Positions 25,286 through 36,650 of a stretch of 64,000 bases of DNA are shown here, in pieces. The notes under the pieces were generated by a model, which was not told the DNA's origin, made no database searches, and saw only the letters and a list, made by a program, of their open reading frames with translations. Position numbers and translations under genes: made by a program. The stretch covers positions 7,502,001-7,566,000 of the forward strand of contig CATNEN010000025.1 in assembly GCA_950097015.1 (NCBI GenBank), written 5' to 3'. The number at the start of each line of letters is the position of its first letter. Position 1 is the stretch's first letter. This DNA comes from Macrostomum hystrix (Eukaryota > Animalia > Platyhelminthes).

Positions 25286-25786
25286 TGCATAGACTGCTAG
25301 ACACTGAGAAAAAACATTTTTACTAACATTTTTTACGGCAAAATTCAGATTAAGACAGGGAAAGTAGAGCTAAAGAGGTATAGGAAGAGAAAATAGATGC
25401 ACAGCTGGGCATACATCTAGGCAGAAATCAATCACTGCATACTTCTAGGGGAAAAACACCCGCCCTAATATTTGATTGAGCATTTGTCGCCAATCAAAGA
25501 TTGACTCGTCTCACTAGGGTCGCATTGGAATCCAAGGCAAGGGTATGGGCTTGTTTGCCCAGCACAAACAGGACAAGCAAAGATTCTGGGTGACGTTTGT
25601 CAACTTTTTCTTTTGCTCATTGTCGTACGGCCAATTTATTAATTATTAATTCATTGCCTACCATTTCCTTGGCCTAATACCACTCGTATGAGGGTCAATT
25701 TATTCAAGTTTGCGTAGGTTCACAATTTGTTCAGTCGGTCTGTGCTGAAAACAAATAACATACCAATCAAATATTGGAGTATCATA

Positions 25787-26455
25787 ACTGTGACAGTGCG
25801 GGGTGATTTACAGCCTACTGTGACAGTGCGGGGTGATTTACAGCCTACTGTGACAGTGCGGGGTGATTTACAGCCTACTGTGACAGTGCGGGGTGATTTA
25901 CAGCCTACTGTGACAGTGTGGGGTGATTTACAGCCTACTGTGACAGTGCGGGGTGATTTACAGCCTACTGTGACAGTGTGGGGTGATTTACAGCCTACTG
26001 TGACAGTTAGGGGGCCTACTGCGACAGTTAGGGGTCAGTTACAGCTTAGTGGGACAGTGTGGGTGGTCAGTTACAGCTTAGTGGGACAGTTTGGGGGGTC
26101 AGTTACAGCTTAGTGGGACAGTGTGGGGGGTCAGTTACAGCTTAGTGGGACAGTGTGGGGGTCAGTTACAGCTTAGTGGGACAGTGTGGGTGGTCAGTTA
26201 CAGCTTAGTGGGACAGTTTGGGGGGTCAGTTACAGCTTAGTGGGACAGTGTGGAGGTCAGTTACAGCATAGTGGGACAGTGTGGGGGTCAGTTACAGCTT
26301 AGTGGGACAGTGTGGGGGTCAGTTACAGCTTAGTGGGACAGTGTGGGGGTCAGTTACAGCTTAGTGGGACAGTGTGGGGGGTCAGTTACAGCCTACTGTG
26401 ACAGTTAGGGGTCAGTTACAGCTTAGTGGGACAGTGTGGGGGTCAGTTACAGCCT
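25787..26455. repeat. 30-bp array (ACTGTGACAGTGCGGGGTGATTTACAGCCT) grading into 31-33-bp related units
   Basis: Tandem copies; explains the TVTVRGDLQP ORF. Confidence 0.94.
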
Positions 26456-27214
26456 GCACCGTGTGAATGCCATAATTAGTATCGCTGCCCAGCTTTAGAA
26501 TCCTGACGATCAGCAAACAATGCCCAGAAGTTTAGTGGAGTGATGATGTCAAAGTGTGGACGTAGGTATAATCTGCAATAACTGACCCTGGCACACAGCG
26601 GATCCCAGATCCCCAAAAGAGGAGAAGAACCAGACTGGCGGGCACCAGGTAGCAATGATTTTCCTAGTTTTTTATATTCTATTTTTTCGTGTATACCCGG
26701 CCTGTTTTCCGGCGTAATTTTTGGTTGATACAGATTTGCGAATGGCCAGTTAGCAAAAGCTTCCTTCCAATCCCTCCCAGCGAAGATAGAATGGGGGACA
26801 GAAAGTTGGCTGTCTGTGGAGTTTGGCCACAGAAAATGAACTAAAATGGTCTTTATGCGTGCCGGAAGTGGACCAGCCGATGGCTTTTGGGTCATTGGGG
26901 TTGGCGATGGAGGCCATTTTCTGGGAGGGGCTGAAAGAATCACTGGGGGGGGGTAAATGAATAGCCTCTGGCTGAATGTTAACAAATCAGTGCTCTGCAG
27001 ACATTTGGGGTTGAATAACGAAATCGGATTGTAAAGCTGGATTAATCTAATTAAAATTGAATGCCTTGGGACATATGTATTTCGCCAAAAATACAATTAT
27101 GCGAGTATATCTCACGATATCAGAGACTGTAGACAATATCTAAACTGTTAACAAGCAAAAAACTCCCTAAAATGCTTAAAATTGCTACCAAAAAAAAACA
27201 TAAATCTACCCCAA

Positions 27215-27508
27215 TCCTTAATCCGCTCTAATCCACCTAAATCCTAATCCTCCTGAATCCTAATCCTCCTGAATCCTAATCCACCCAATTCCCTGAACCA
27301 CCCGATTCCCTAATCCACCCGATTCCCTAATCCACCCGATTCCCTAATCCACCAGATTCCCTAATCCACCAGATTCCCTGATCCACCCGATTCCCTAATC
27401 CACCAGATTCCCTGATCCACCCGATTCCCTAATCCACCAGATTCCCTAATCCACCAGATTCCCTAATCCACCCGATTCCCTGATCCACCCGATTCCCTAA
27501 TCCACCCG
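27215..27508. repeat. C-rich 17-bp array (AATCCACCCGATTCCCT)
   Basis: About 14 good copies plus a degenerate 5' edge; ends about 43 nt before the homeobox acceptor. Confidence 0.94.
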
Positions 27509-27551
27509 CACGAATCGATACTCCACCAAAAATCAATTCGAACCCAATCAG

Positions 27552-27961
27552 GTCAGTACAACGACGATGACTCGCGAAGCCCTTCTGTCAACAGCGAGAC
27601 GCCCTCCAACAGCGAGTGCTCGGTATACAACTCAGCACTCGGTGGCGGCGTCGGCGGCGGCTGCGGAGGCGGCGGCGGCGGAGGTGGTAAGCGAAAAGGC
27701 GGCGCCGGCAGTGGCGGCGGTGTCGGCGGCAGCAAAGACAGCAAGGCCACGCGGGTCCGCACGGTGCTGAACGAGAAGCAGCTGCACACTCTGCGCACCT
27801 GCTACGCGGCGAATCCGAGGCCGGACGCGCTGATGAAGGAGCAGCTGGTCGAGATGACGGGCCTGAGTCCGCGAGTCATCCGGGTCTGGTTTCAGAACAA
27901 GCGCTGCAAGGACAAGAAGAAACAGCTGCTCATGAAGCAGATGGAGCACCAGCAGCAGAAA
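27552..27961 (+). CDS. isl: Islet homeodomain exon
   Basis: ATCAG|GT, phase 1. Gly-rich linker, then [57 protein letters not shown], the diagnostic Islet homeodomain. Donor AAA|GTGAGT, phase 0. Confidence 0.97.
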
Positions 27962-27982
27962 GTGAGTTGACAAAGGGAAAAT

Positions 27983-28885
27983 TAGGATTGGGATCAGACA
28001 GGATTGGGATTAGATAGGATTGGGATTAGATAGGATTGGGACCAGATAGGATTGGGATCAGATAAGATTGGGATCAGATTGGATTGGGATGATTGGGACC
28101 AGATAGGATTGGGATCAGATAGGATTGGGATCAGACAGGATTTGGATCAGATCGGATTGGGATGATTGGGACCAGATAGGATTGGGATCAGATAGGATTG
28201 GGATCAGACAGGATTTGGATCAGATTGGATTGGGATGATTGGGACCAGATAGGATTGGGATGATTGGGATCAGACAGTATTTGGATTAGATAGGATTGGG
28301 ATCAGACAGAATTGGGATTAGATAGGATTGGGACCAGATAGGATTGGGATCAGATAAGATTGGGATCAGATTGGATTGGGATCAGATAGGATTGGGATCA
28401 GATTGGATTGGGATCAGATAGGATTGGAATCAGACAGAATTGGGATTAGATAGGATTGGGATCAGATTGGATTGGGATCAGATCGGATTGGGATGATTGG
28501 GACCAGATAGGATTGGGATCAGATAGGATTGGGATCAGATAGGATTGGGATCAGATAGGATTGGGATCAGATAGGATTGGGATTAGATAGGATTTGGATC
28601 CGTTAAGATTGGGATCCGTTAGGATTGGGATCAGTTAGGATTGGGATCTGATAGGATTGGGATCTGATAGGATAGGGATCAGATTAGATTGGGATCAGAT
28701 TGGATTCGGAATGGATTGGGATCAGATTGGATTGGGATTGGATTGGGATCAGATAGGATTGGGATCAGATAGGGTTGGGATCAGATAGGATTGGGATCTG
28801 ATAGGATTGGGATCAGATAGGATTGGGATCAGATTGGGATCAGATAAAATTGGGATCAGACAGGATCAGATCAGACGGGATTGGG
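27983..28885. repeat. G-rich 16-bp array (GGGATCAGATAGGATT)
   Basis: About 55 copies starting about 21 nt after the homeobox donor. Confidence 0.96.
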
Positions 28886-29667
28886 GTGTAAAGGTGTGGA
28901 GTAGGGGAAGTGTAGTAGTGTCAAGAATGTCGTGAGTATCCACACATCAGAGACTGGAGTAGCAGGTCATTGGACAATAGGAGTTTTGATGTAGTGTGGT
29001 TTGTCACGCAACGTACTTAGCTAGTTTGCTAAGTACAAGCAAAGCTTTGAATTGAGCAGAACCGCTTGGTCGTACTCGAACAGATTAGACCCGCCCTCAT
29101 TGTCATCGTCGCGTCTTAACATAATTTTACACCTGTCCTGTGTGCTCAAAGCTTGGCAAATCTGAGAACAATGAGTTGGCAAAACAAAAACAAGTGAGCA
29201 TGCAACTGTGAAAAGAATTAATTTATTCTCTCGTGGATTAGCTGTGTTAGCTGCGTTCCGTTAATTACCGGATGGCGCCACTGATTCCATGGTTGGGAGG
29301 CCTCAGATAGTTTTGAGTGGCCTGCTTACTCATGAGTGGATACCGCGCATCTGCTCATGCTTCTGCAGCGTCAATTAACGGATGGAGAGACTAAAAACAG
29401 GAGGGCTTTAATCACCTCAGACCGCTGCTCATTTTTTGATGACCATTAAATCTAAAAAAAGAAGCTGGTTTGACAGTTATCCACAGAAACTAGAATTATC
29501 CGCATTTTCAAACACCCACGCATTCCAATTATGGGGATATTTACCTGGAATATTAAACTGCTACATTATTGCTTAGCCGGGCTAGGCTGTCTTATTCAAA
29601 TCCATGGATATTCACGGGGCAGGCATCAACTTGAAACCTGTACGGACCGTTGGAATTTATGCGACAT

Positions 29668-31093
29668 TCTCTCTGCCCTCTCTCTGCCCTCTCTCTGCCC
29701 TCTCTCTGCCTTCTCTCTGCCCTCTCTCTGCCCTCTCTCTGCCCTCTCTCTGCCCTCTCTCTGCCCTCTCTCTGCCCTCTCTCTGCCCTCTCTCTGCCTT
29801 CTCTCTGCCCTCTCTCTGCCCTCTCTCTGCCCTCTCTCTGCCCTCTCTCTGCCCTCTCTCTGCCCTCTCTCTGCCCTCTCTCTGCCTTCTCTCTGCCCTC
29901 TCTCTGCCCTCTCTCTGCCCTCTCTCTGCCCTCTCTCTGCCCTCTCTCTGCCCTCTCTCTGCCCTCTCTCTGCCCTCTCTCTGCCTTCTCTCTGCCCTCT
30001 CTCTGCCCTCTCTCTGCCCTCTCTCTGCCCTCTCTCTGCCCTCTCTCTGCCCTCTCTCTGCCCTCTCTCTGCCTTCTCTCTGCCCTCTCTCTGCCCTCTC
30101 TCTGCCCTCTCTCTGCCCTCTCTCTGCCCTCTCTCTGCCCTCTCTCTGCCCTCTCTCTGCCCTCTCTCTGCCTTCTCTCTGCCCTCTCTCTGCCTTCTCT
30201 CTGCCCTTTCTCTGCCCTCTCTTTGCCCTCTCTCTGCCCTCTCTCTGCCCTCTCTCTGCCTTCTCTCTACCCTCTCTCTACCCTCTCTCTGCCCTCTCTC
30301 TGCCTTCTTTCTACCCTCTCTCAACCCTCTCTCTGCTCTCTCTCAACCCTCTCTCTGCCCTCTCTCTGCCCTCTTTCTGCCCTCTCTCTGCCCTCTCTCT
30401 GCCCTCTCTCTGCCCTCTCTCTGCCCTCTCTCTGCCCTCTCTCTGCCCTCTCTCTGCCCTCTCTCTGCCCTCTCTCTGCCCTCTCTCTGCCTTCTCTCTG
30501 CCCTCTCTCTGCCCTCTCTCTGCCCTCTCTCTGCCCTCTCTCTGCCCTCTCTCTGCCCTCTCTCTGCCCTCTCTCTGCCCTCTCTCTGCCCTCTCTCTGC
30601 CCTCTCTCTGCCTTCTCTCTGCCCTCTCTCTGCCCTCTCTCTGCCCTCTCTCTGCCCTCTCTCTGCCCTCTCTCTGCCCTCTCTCTGCCCTCTCTCTGCC
30701 TTCTCTCTGCCCTCTCTCTGCCCTCTCTCTGCCCTCTCTCTGCCCTCTCTCTGCCCTCTCTCTGCCCTCTCTCTGCCCTCTCTCTGCCCTCTCTCTGCCC
30801 TCTCTCTGCCCTCTCTCTGCCCTCTCTCTGCCCTCTCTCTGCCCTCTCTCTGCCTTCTCTCTGCCCTTTCTCTGCCCTCTCTTTGCCCTCTCTCTGCCCT
30901 CTCTCTGCCCTCTCTCTGCCTTCTCTCTACCCTCTCTCTACCCTCTCTCTGCCCTCTCTCTGCCTTCTTTCTACCCTCTCTCAACCCTCTCTCTGCTCTC
31001 TCTCAACCCTCTCTCTGCCCTCTCTCTGCCTTCTCTCTACCCTCTCTCAACCCTCTCTCTGCTCTCTCTCAACCCTCTCTCTGCTCTCTCTCC
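29668..31093. repeat. 11-bp polypyrimidine array (TGCCCTCTCTC) with a 660-bp higher-order duplication
   Basis: About 130 copies; the same variant block appears at 30181 and 30841. Source of the 500-aa LSALSLPSLCP ORFs. Confidence 0.97.
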
Positions 31094-31178
31094 ACTCTTT
31101 CCTCCCTTTGTTTACCCTAGCTTTATCTTGTAATGTCACTTTCAAAATCTAATTTTTCTGTTTTGCTAAATCCTACAG

Positions 31179-31295
31179 CGAACACTCAACGGCATACCTA
31201 TGGTCGCCTCCTCTCCCGTCCGTCATGAACCCGGCGCTCAACCGGTTGACGTGATCGCCTCTCACCAGCAGGGCTACATGGGCGGTCCACATCTT

Positions 31296-31328
<33 letters not shown>

Positions 31329-31514
31329 TCGTCGAACTGGGGTCCGCCGCTGGACTTCGGAGTTCCCATGCCAGCACAGCACCCGAGTGCGGCCCCATTT
31401 CAGCAGCTGGTCTCGGCCTACAGCGGCGGCAGTTTGTACGCCTCAGACGAAGAGGACGACTCCTGCGTCACCCTGCAGACTGACAGCGACGCCTGCCTCT
31501 ATGCACCTCGATGA
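31179..31514 (+). CDS. isl: Islet terminal exon (Lhx3-binding domain, poly-Pro, FQQL motif)
   Basis: TCCTACAG|CGA, phase 0. GIPMVASSPVRHE..QPVDV resembles the ISL1 LBD (GTPMVAASPERHD..NPVEV); PFQQLV is conserved. Stop TGA at 31512-31514. Confidence 0.88.
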
Positions 31515-31639
31515 TTAGAGTTTAAAGTATGTCACGTGATAGCTTGGAACTATTTTATCGTATTAGTAGCTCGTAGCCCATAATCGCAGGTTGTCAGCCT
31601 CTTAGATTAAGTGGGTAGCATGATCACATCCTTAGTTGG

Positions 31640-31795
31640 GCTATTTTTAGCAACCAATGACGAATGCGCACGTGACGTTTAGAATATAATTTGCGCTATT
31701 TTTAGTAACCAATGACGAATGCGCACGTGATGTTTACAATATAATTTGGGCTATTTTTAGTAAACAATGACGAATGCGCACGTGATGTTTACATT
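31640..31795. repeat. 55-bp triplication carrying CCAAT, TGACG and CACGTG motifs, downstream of the Islet stop
   Basis: Copies start at 31640, 31695 and 31750. Confidence 0.9.
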
Positions 31796-32859
31796 TCTTT
31801 GGTCTAAATTAGGCTATATTTAGTAACAGAAATATTTCAGGATGTATTACGTTTAACTATAATGCAGTTATAATAATAACATAGCTAAAAATGACAGGTT
31901 TGATTACTTTTTTCATGAGACTGGTTCTCGCAAAACAATTCCATTTGTTCTCTCTTAAATTTCTATTTTTAATGTTAACTTTAACTAATAAGGCCCTACC
32001 TCGCTGTGATTAAAGTTTCCAATTTTTAACCGACCTTGCTAGAAACGTACCACCCAAGTCCCACTCCAGCATCATGAGTTTGTTGCATGATAGAAAACAT
32101 GAACATAACAATTTGCCATTGTCACCTATATCATACAATAGACAAAGTACCAATTGTTTGCTTGTCTTCTTTGGTTTTTTTAAGTATCATTGTGAAAGAA
32201 AGAAAATTTTGCAACAAAAAATGCATTAACTGTAACATAGGTTCTGCTTATTGGAATGTTTCTATCTCTTGATGTTCTGATTAAAATTAAGAGAAACACA
32301 ATAATAGAGTAATCCAGATGATTTTTCTTGTTATTACACACGCAGTAAATCACTTTGCTTTTAGGAGTTTAGTGTCCATGTGCACAAACTATTGACTATT
32401 TTATTCCTACTAAGTGTAAAAATGCATCGTTGTAATTCTGTGCTTTGTTCTGTACTAGCAAAAACACTGTGTGCTTCGAACAACGATAAATGAAAACCTT
32501 CAATTGATTTTGTTTTAAATTTAATCGATTAAGCAGATTTAGAGCACAAATTTGAATTAGTTATCATGCAGCGACAGGACATTGTTTATCACGGCTGACC
32601 TCTGCGCAGCAACAGCAGCAGCAGCATGTGGTGCACATCTGTCGCTGGCATTCATTCCCTTGTCAAGTATATTATTTCTTGTGTTGTGCGACCTGTTCTA
32701 TGAAATTATAGATCTGAATGAACAATTAGATAAAGGTGACGTAAAACACCAAGGACTCATCTTGGAAAGTGATTATTAACCTTACATTTAGCTTTCATTC
32801 TGCACGGAGTACATTCTACCAGCATTGAAGCATTTCAGCGGATGGCACGCCGATACAAT

Positions 32860-33312
32860 CCCCTCCGATCCCCTTACAATTCCCTTCAAATTCCCCTCAT
32901 ATCTCCCTTCAATCCCAATCCAATACCATCCAATCCCTTTCCTATCCCCCTCCGATCCCCCTCCGATCCCCCTCCGATCCCCCTCCGATCCCCTCCGATC
33001 CCCCTCCGATCCCCCTCCGATCCCCCTCCGATCCCCCTCCTATCCCCCTCCAATCCTCCTCCGATCCCCTTCCAACCCCCTCTGCTCCCCCTCCGATCCC
33101 CCTCCGATCCCCCTCTGATCCCCTTCCAATCCTCTCCGATCCCCTTCCAATCCCCCTCCGATCCCCCTCCGATCCCCCTCCGATCCCCCTCCGATCCCCA
33201 TCTGATCCCCCTCCGATCCCCTTCCGATCTCCCTCCGATCCCCTCCTCCCTCCAAACCCAACCCGATACCCTTAAAATCCCCCCTCCAATCTTCATCCGA
33301 TCCCTCTGATCC
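32860..33312. repeat. 11-bp C-rich array (CCCCCTCCGAT)
   Basis: Tandem, degenerate at the edges. Confidence 0.94.
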
Positions 33313-34633
33313 CCCGCGGCAGGCCACCTGTTTGCCAAGTGTCGGGTCAGTCGAGGCGCAGGTGCGACGGGGGAAGCCCCTCAGTATTCTATGCCAGCGG
33401 GCCTCCAAGCACGCACCTCCAAGCCAAGAAATCACCCACCAGTCGTCAATGCTTTTATCTCCGCTTGCATTTTAATTTTTCCCTTACATATTGGAACTTG
33501 AAAAAAAAAGACTTGGGGCCTCGCAGAACACTGGCTCGCACATCGCAGATCCCTATAAGCAATGCACTAGCTACCCCCCCCACTCCCCCCAGATACCAGA
33601 ATGCAGGCCTGGACTGCAGGGCGTCAGTTGTCCATCAGATTTCTGGCAAGTGAAGACGATAATGCTCCCTGTGTCCCGGCTGTTCTGCGCCTTGGCGACT
33701 AAAGATCACCGCGGCCGGGGCCAATAAAAGCCGAAACGAGGATGTTTGATGGCTTTTGCCCGGCCGTTTAGGCAATACAGAATAAAAACTAGCGCAGGAA
33801 TTTAACCCCCCCCCCAGAGCCCGCTCGTGTTTAAACGTCTTGTTAGGGCTAAGGTTCGGGTTTTGTTCGGAGGCCTAGGTATTTTTTTAAGTTTAATAGC
33901 CAGTCCGCTACCCTATTTCTACAGCCGCCGTGTCAGCTGTGGGAGCTGCGGCCCGACTATGTACAGAAGCCAGCAAACAGGCAAAACAGACCCGAAATAT
34001 GGAAGCCAGATTTTCTAACTGGGGAATTTTATTTCCCAAAATCAAAGCTGCAGTTTTCATACTAATAGTTATATTTCTTTAGGAAGCTGAGCTGAGTCAG
34101 AGTCTGTTTCTATTTTCGTTTTTAGTTTTACTAGTAAATATGCATAGGCGTTTTTGTTACACCTGGTAATGCAGCTCTGAAATTTGTCAGGCCATTACTT
34201 AGAGCCATATAGTGGAGTCGATACAGGCCTACTCACTGTATTGATCCTGCCCTATGGTTAGTGGCAAGTGTCTATAGTGCCATATCCTTCCTGAGTCGGA
34301 CTCCATTAGCGAACCGGTTGATGGGATGGGCTGGGGCCAATTGGTTGTCATGGTTACTAATGGACAGCTCAGCCCAGGGGTTAGCGAGGATTCGAATTTG
34401 CTATCGACTCATCAATATTTTCTTCTTCTTTCTGGCCATATTCACCCGCTATCTGCTTTGCAACAATGTTCTGGGACGATTTCAAACTGCCGAGGCTTGC
34501 TTTTACCTTGGAGACATTAATAAGAAATAAAATTGGTTACTATATACATTTTGGCAACATATTTTCTTCGAGGGAACAGATTTTCTGTTTGAAATAGCTT
34601 CATAAAAGCGATTTGATAGCTGGTAATCGTCGG

Positions 34634-35225
34634 GTGTAACCGTTAGGTGTGACCGTTAGGTGTGACCGTTTGGTGTGACCGTTAGATGGGACAGTCAGAC
34701 ATGACCGTTATATTTGGCGGCTACATATGTCCGTTAGATGAGGTCGTTAAGTGTGACCGTTAAGCATGACCGTTATGTTTGGCGGCCAGATATGACCGTT
34801 AGGTATGGCCGTTGGGCGTGACCGTTAGAAGTAACCGTTAGGTGCGACCGTTAGAAGTAACCGTTAGGTGCGACCGTTATGTATGACCGTTAGACGTGGC
34901 CTTCGGATGTGACCGTTAGGTGTGACCGCTAGGTTTTACTGTTAGATATGTCCGTTAGGTGTGACCGTCAGATGTGTCCGTTAGGTGTGACCGTTGGGTG
35001 TGACCGTTGGGTGTGACCGTTAGATATGACCGTAAGCTTTGACCGTTAGGTTTGACCGTTAGGTGTGACCATCTGATGTGTCCGTTAGGCGTGACCGTTG
35101 GGTGTGATCGTTAGGTGTGACCGTTGGGTGTGACCGCTTGGTGGGACCCTTGGGTGTTAGGTGTGATCGTTGGATGTGATCGTTACGTGTGACCGTTGGT
35201 TTTAAGCGTTGGGTGCGATCGTTAT
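34634..35225. repeat. Degenerate 13-bp array (AGGTGTGACCGTT)
   Basis: Recurrent TGACCGTT at about 13-nt period. Confidence 0.88.
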
Positions 35226-35619
35226 GTGAGTACTTTCACAATAGAATGGTCTATTGGGTAGCAGGTTCGCTGGTATAAACTGCATTCAATATTCAATTGA
35301 TTCAACGCGAAATCCAAGAAAAAATATTTATTTTACTAAGCAACCTACTAGCAGTAGTGCAAAAAGCTAAACATAATGTAGTTTTTTTAATTTGTTTTCA
35401 TTTTATTAAACTGGACTCTGTTGAAAATAATTAGCTCGCGAGGTAATTAAACCATCCAATGAGTTTGTTTCTCGATTTAGCTTTTTTCAATCTTCCTCTT
35501 AATGAAGGTAGTTTAAAACAAAGGAAACATCTTCATCTATAATCTGGAGTTTGTCCGACTCTGATTAACTCACTGGTTGAATTTAATTAGCAAACCTTAG
35601 CTTTTTCATTTTCAATGTT

Positions 35620-35687
35620 TTTTCTTCAAATGCTTAGAGCTTCGGCGTTCTAATTGAAAGGTTGGGAGTTCGAATCTCTTGACACTA
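35620..35687 (+). pseudogene. Degenerate tRNA-like or tRNA-derived SINE relic
   Basis: TTAGAGC (D-arm end), TTCGG/TTGAA stem, and a good T-arm GGGAG-TTCGAAT-CTCTT at 35664-35680. The anticodon loop is 8 nt and the acceptor stem is poor. Confidence 0.3.
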
Positions 35688-36262
35688 TATAGCTATATAG
35701 GGAGTGCAGAGTGGAGATGCCATGCTGCAATGGTGCAGGTGAGTTTGCTGGCCATAAACCAGCTGGATGTGCCGTGTATAAAATAGGAATGCAAGCATTT
35801 TACAACTTATTTTATCAATAGGCCATTGGCCACGCCATAGAATTGTATTGTGTATTCCATCCATCTATTGTTCATATCAGGTAAGTTGTTTTTCTCAACT
35901 AATAAAATTCCAACATCGCGCCTCGAAAGAGTGTAATGCTTGTTTTCACCTTCTTCAAGTCTGTTGCGGTATGAGTCCAAATTGACATACACTACGCACA
36001 CCTGACATTGTTACCGCCAAAACTCTACTGTAGGCAGTTTATTTCCAGCTCAGCATTTTTTCACACAGTAGAAATAATTTTTATGCCACAATAAAATGAG
36101 TACAACTGCAGCAGCCGCGGAGATGCACTTTTGGTAACTGAATGTTAGCAAGATTCTCCCTGTTGTGGTGTCTTATCTAATTCAATATTTACTCAATAAG
36201 ATAGCAATTTTCTTCACATTTGCTGTCTTCTTGATTTTGTCTTGGTATCACGCACTGTAGAA

Positions 36263-36650
36263 CTCTCCCTCTCCCTCTCCCTCTCCCTCTCCCTCTCTCT
36301 CTCCCTCTCCCTCTCCCTCTCCCTCTCCCTCTCCCTCTCCCTCTCCCTCTCCCTCTCCCTCTCCCTCTCCCTCTCCCTCTCCCTCTCCCTCTCCCTCTCC
36401 TTCTCCCTCTCCCTCTCTCCCTCTCCCTCTCCCTCTCCTTCTCCCTCTCCCTCTCTCCCTCTCCCTCTCCCTCTCCCTCTCTCTCTCCCTCTCCCTCTCC
36501 CTCTCCCTCTCCCTCTCCCTCTCCCTCTCCCTCTCCCTCTCCCTCTCCCCCTCCCTTTTCCTCTGTACCATTCTCTACCATTCTCTCCCCCCTCTCTCTC
36601 CTCCTCCCTCCCTCTCTCTCCCCCTCTCTCTCCTCCTCTATCCCCTCTCT
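36263..36650. repeat. (CTCTCC)n polypyrimidine hexamer array
   Basis: Direct reading. Confidence 0.96.

Noticed and set aside
29531-31152. 500-530 aa ORFs (LSALSLPSLCP / RERAERGQREG)
   Set aside because: Translations of an 11-bp stop-free repeat inside an Islet intron; open in several frames at once.
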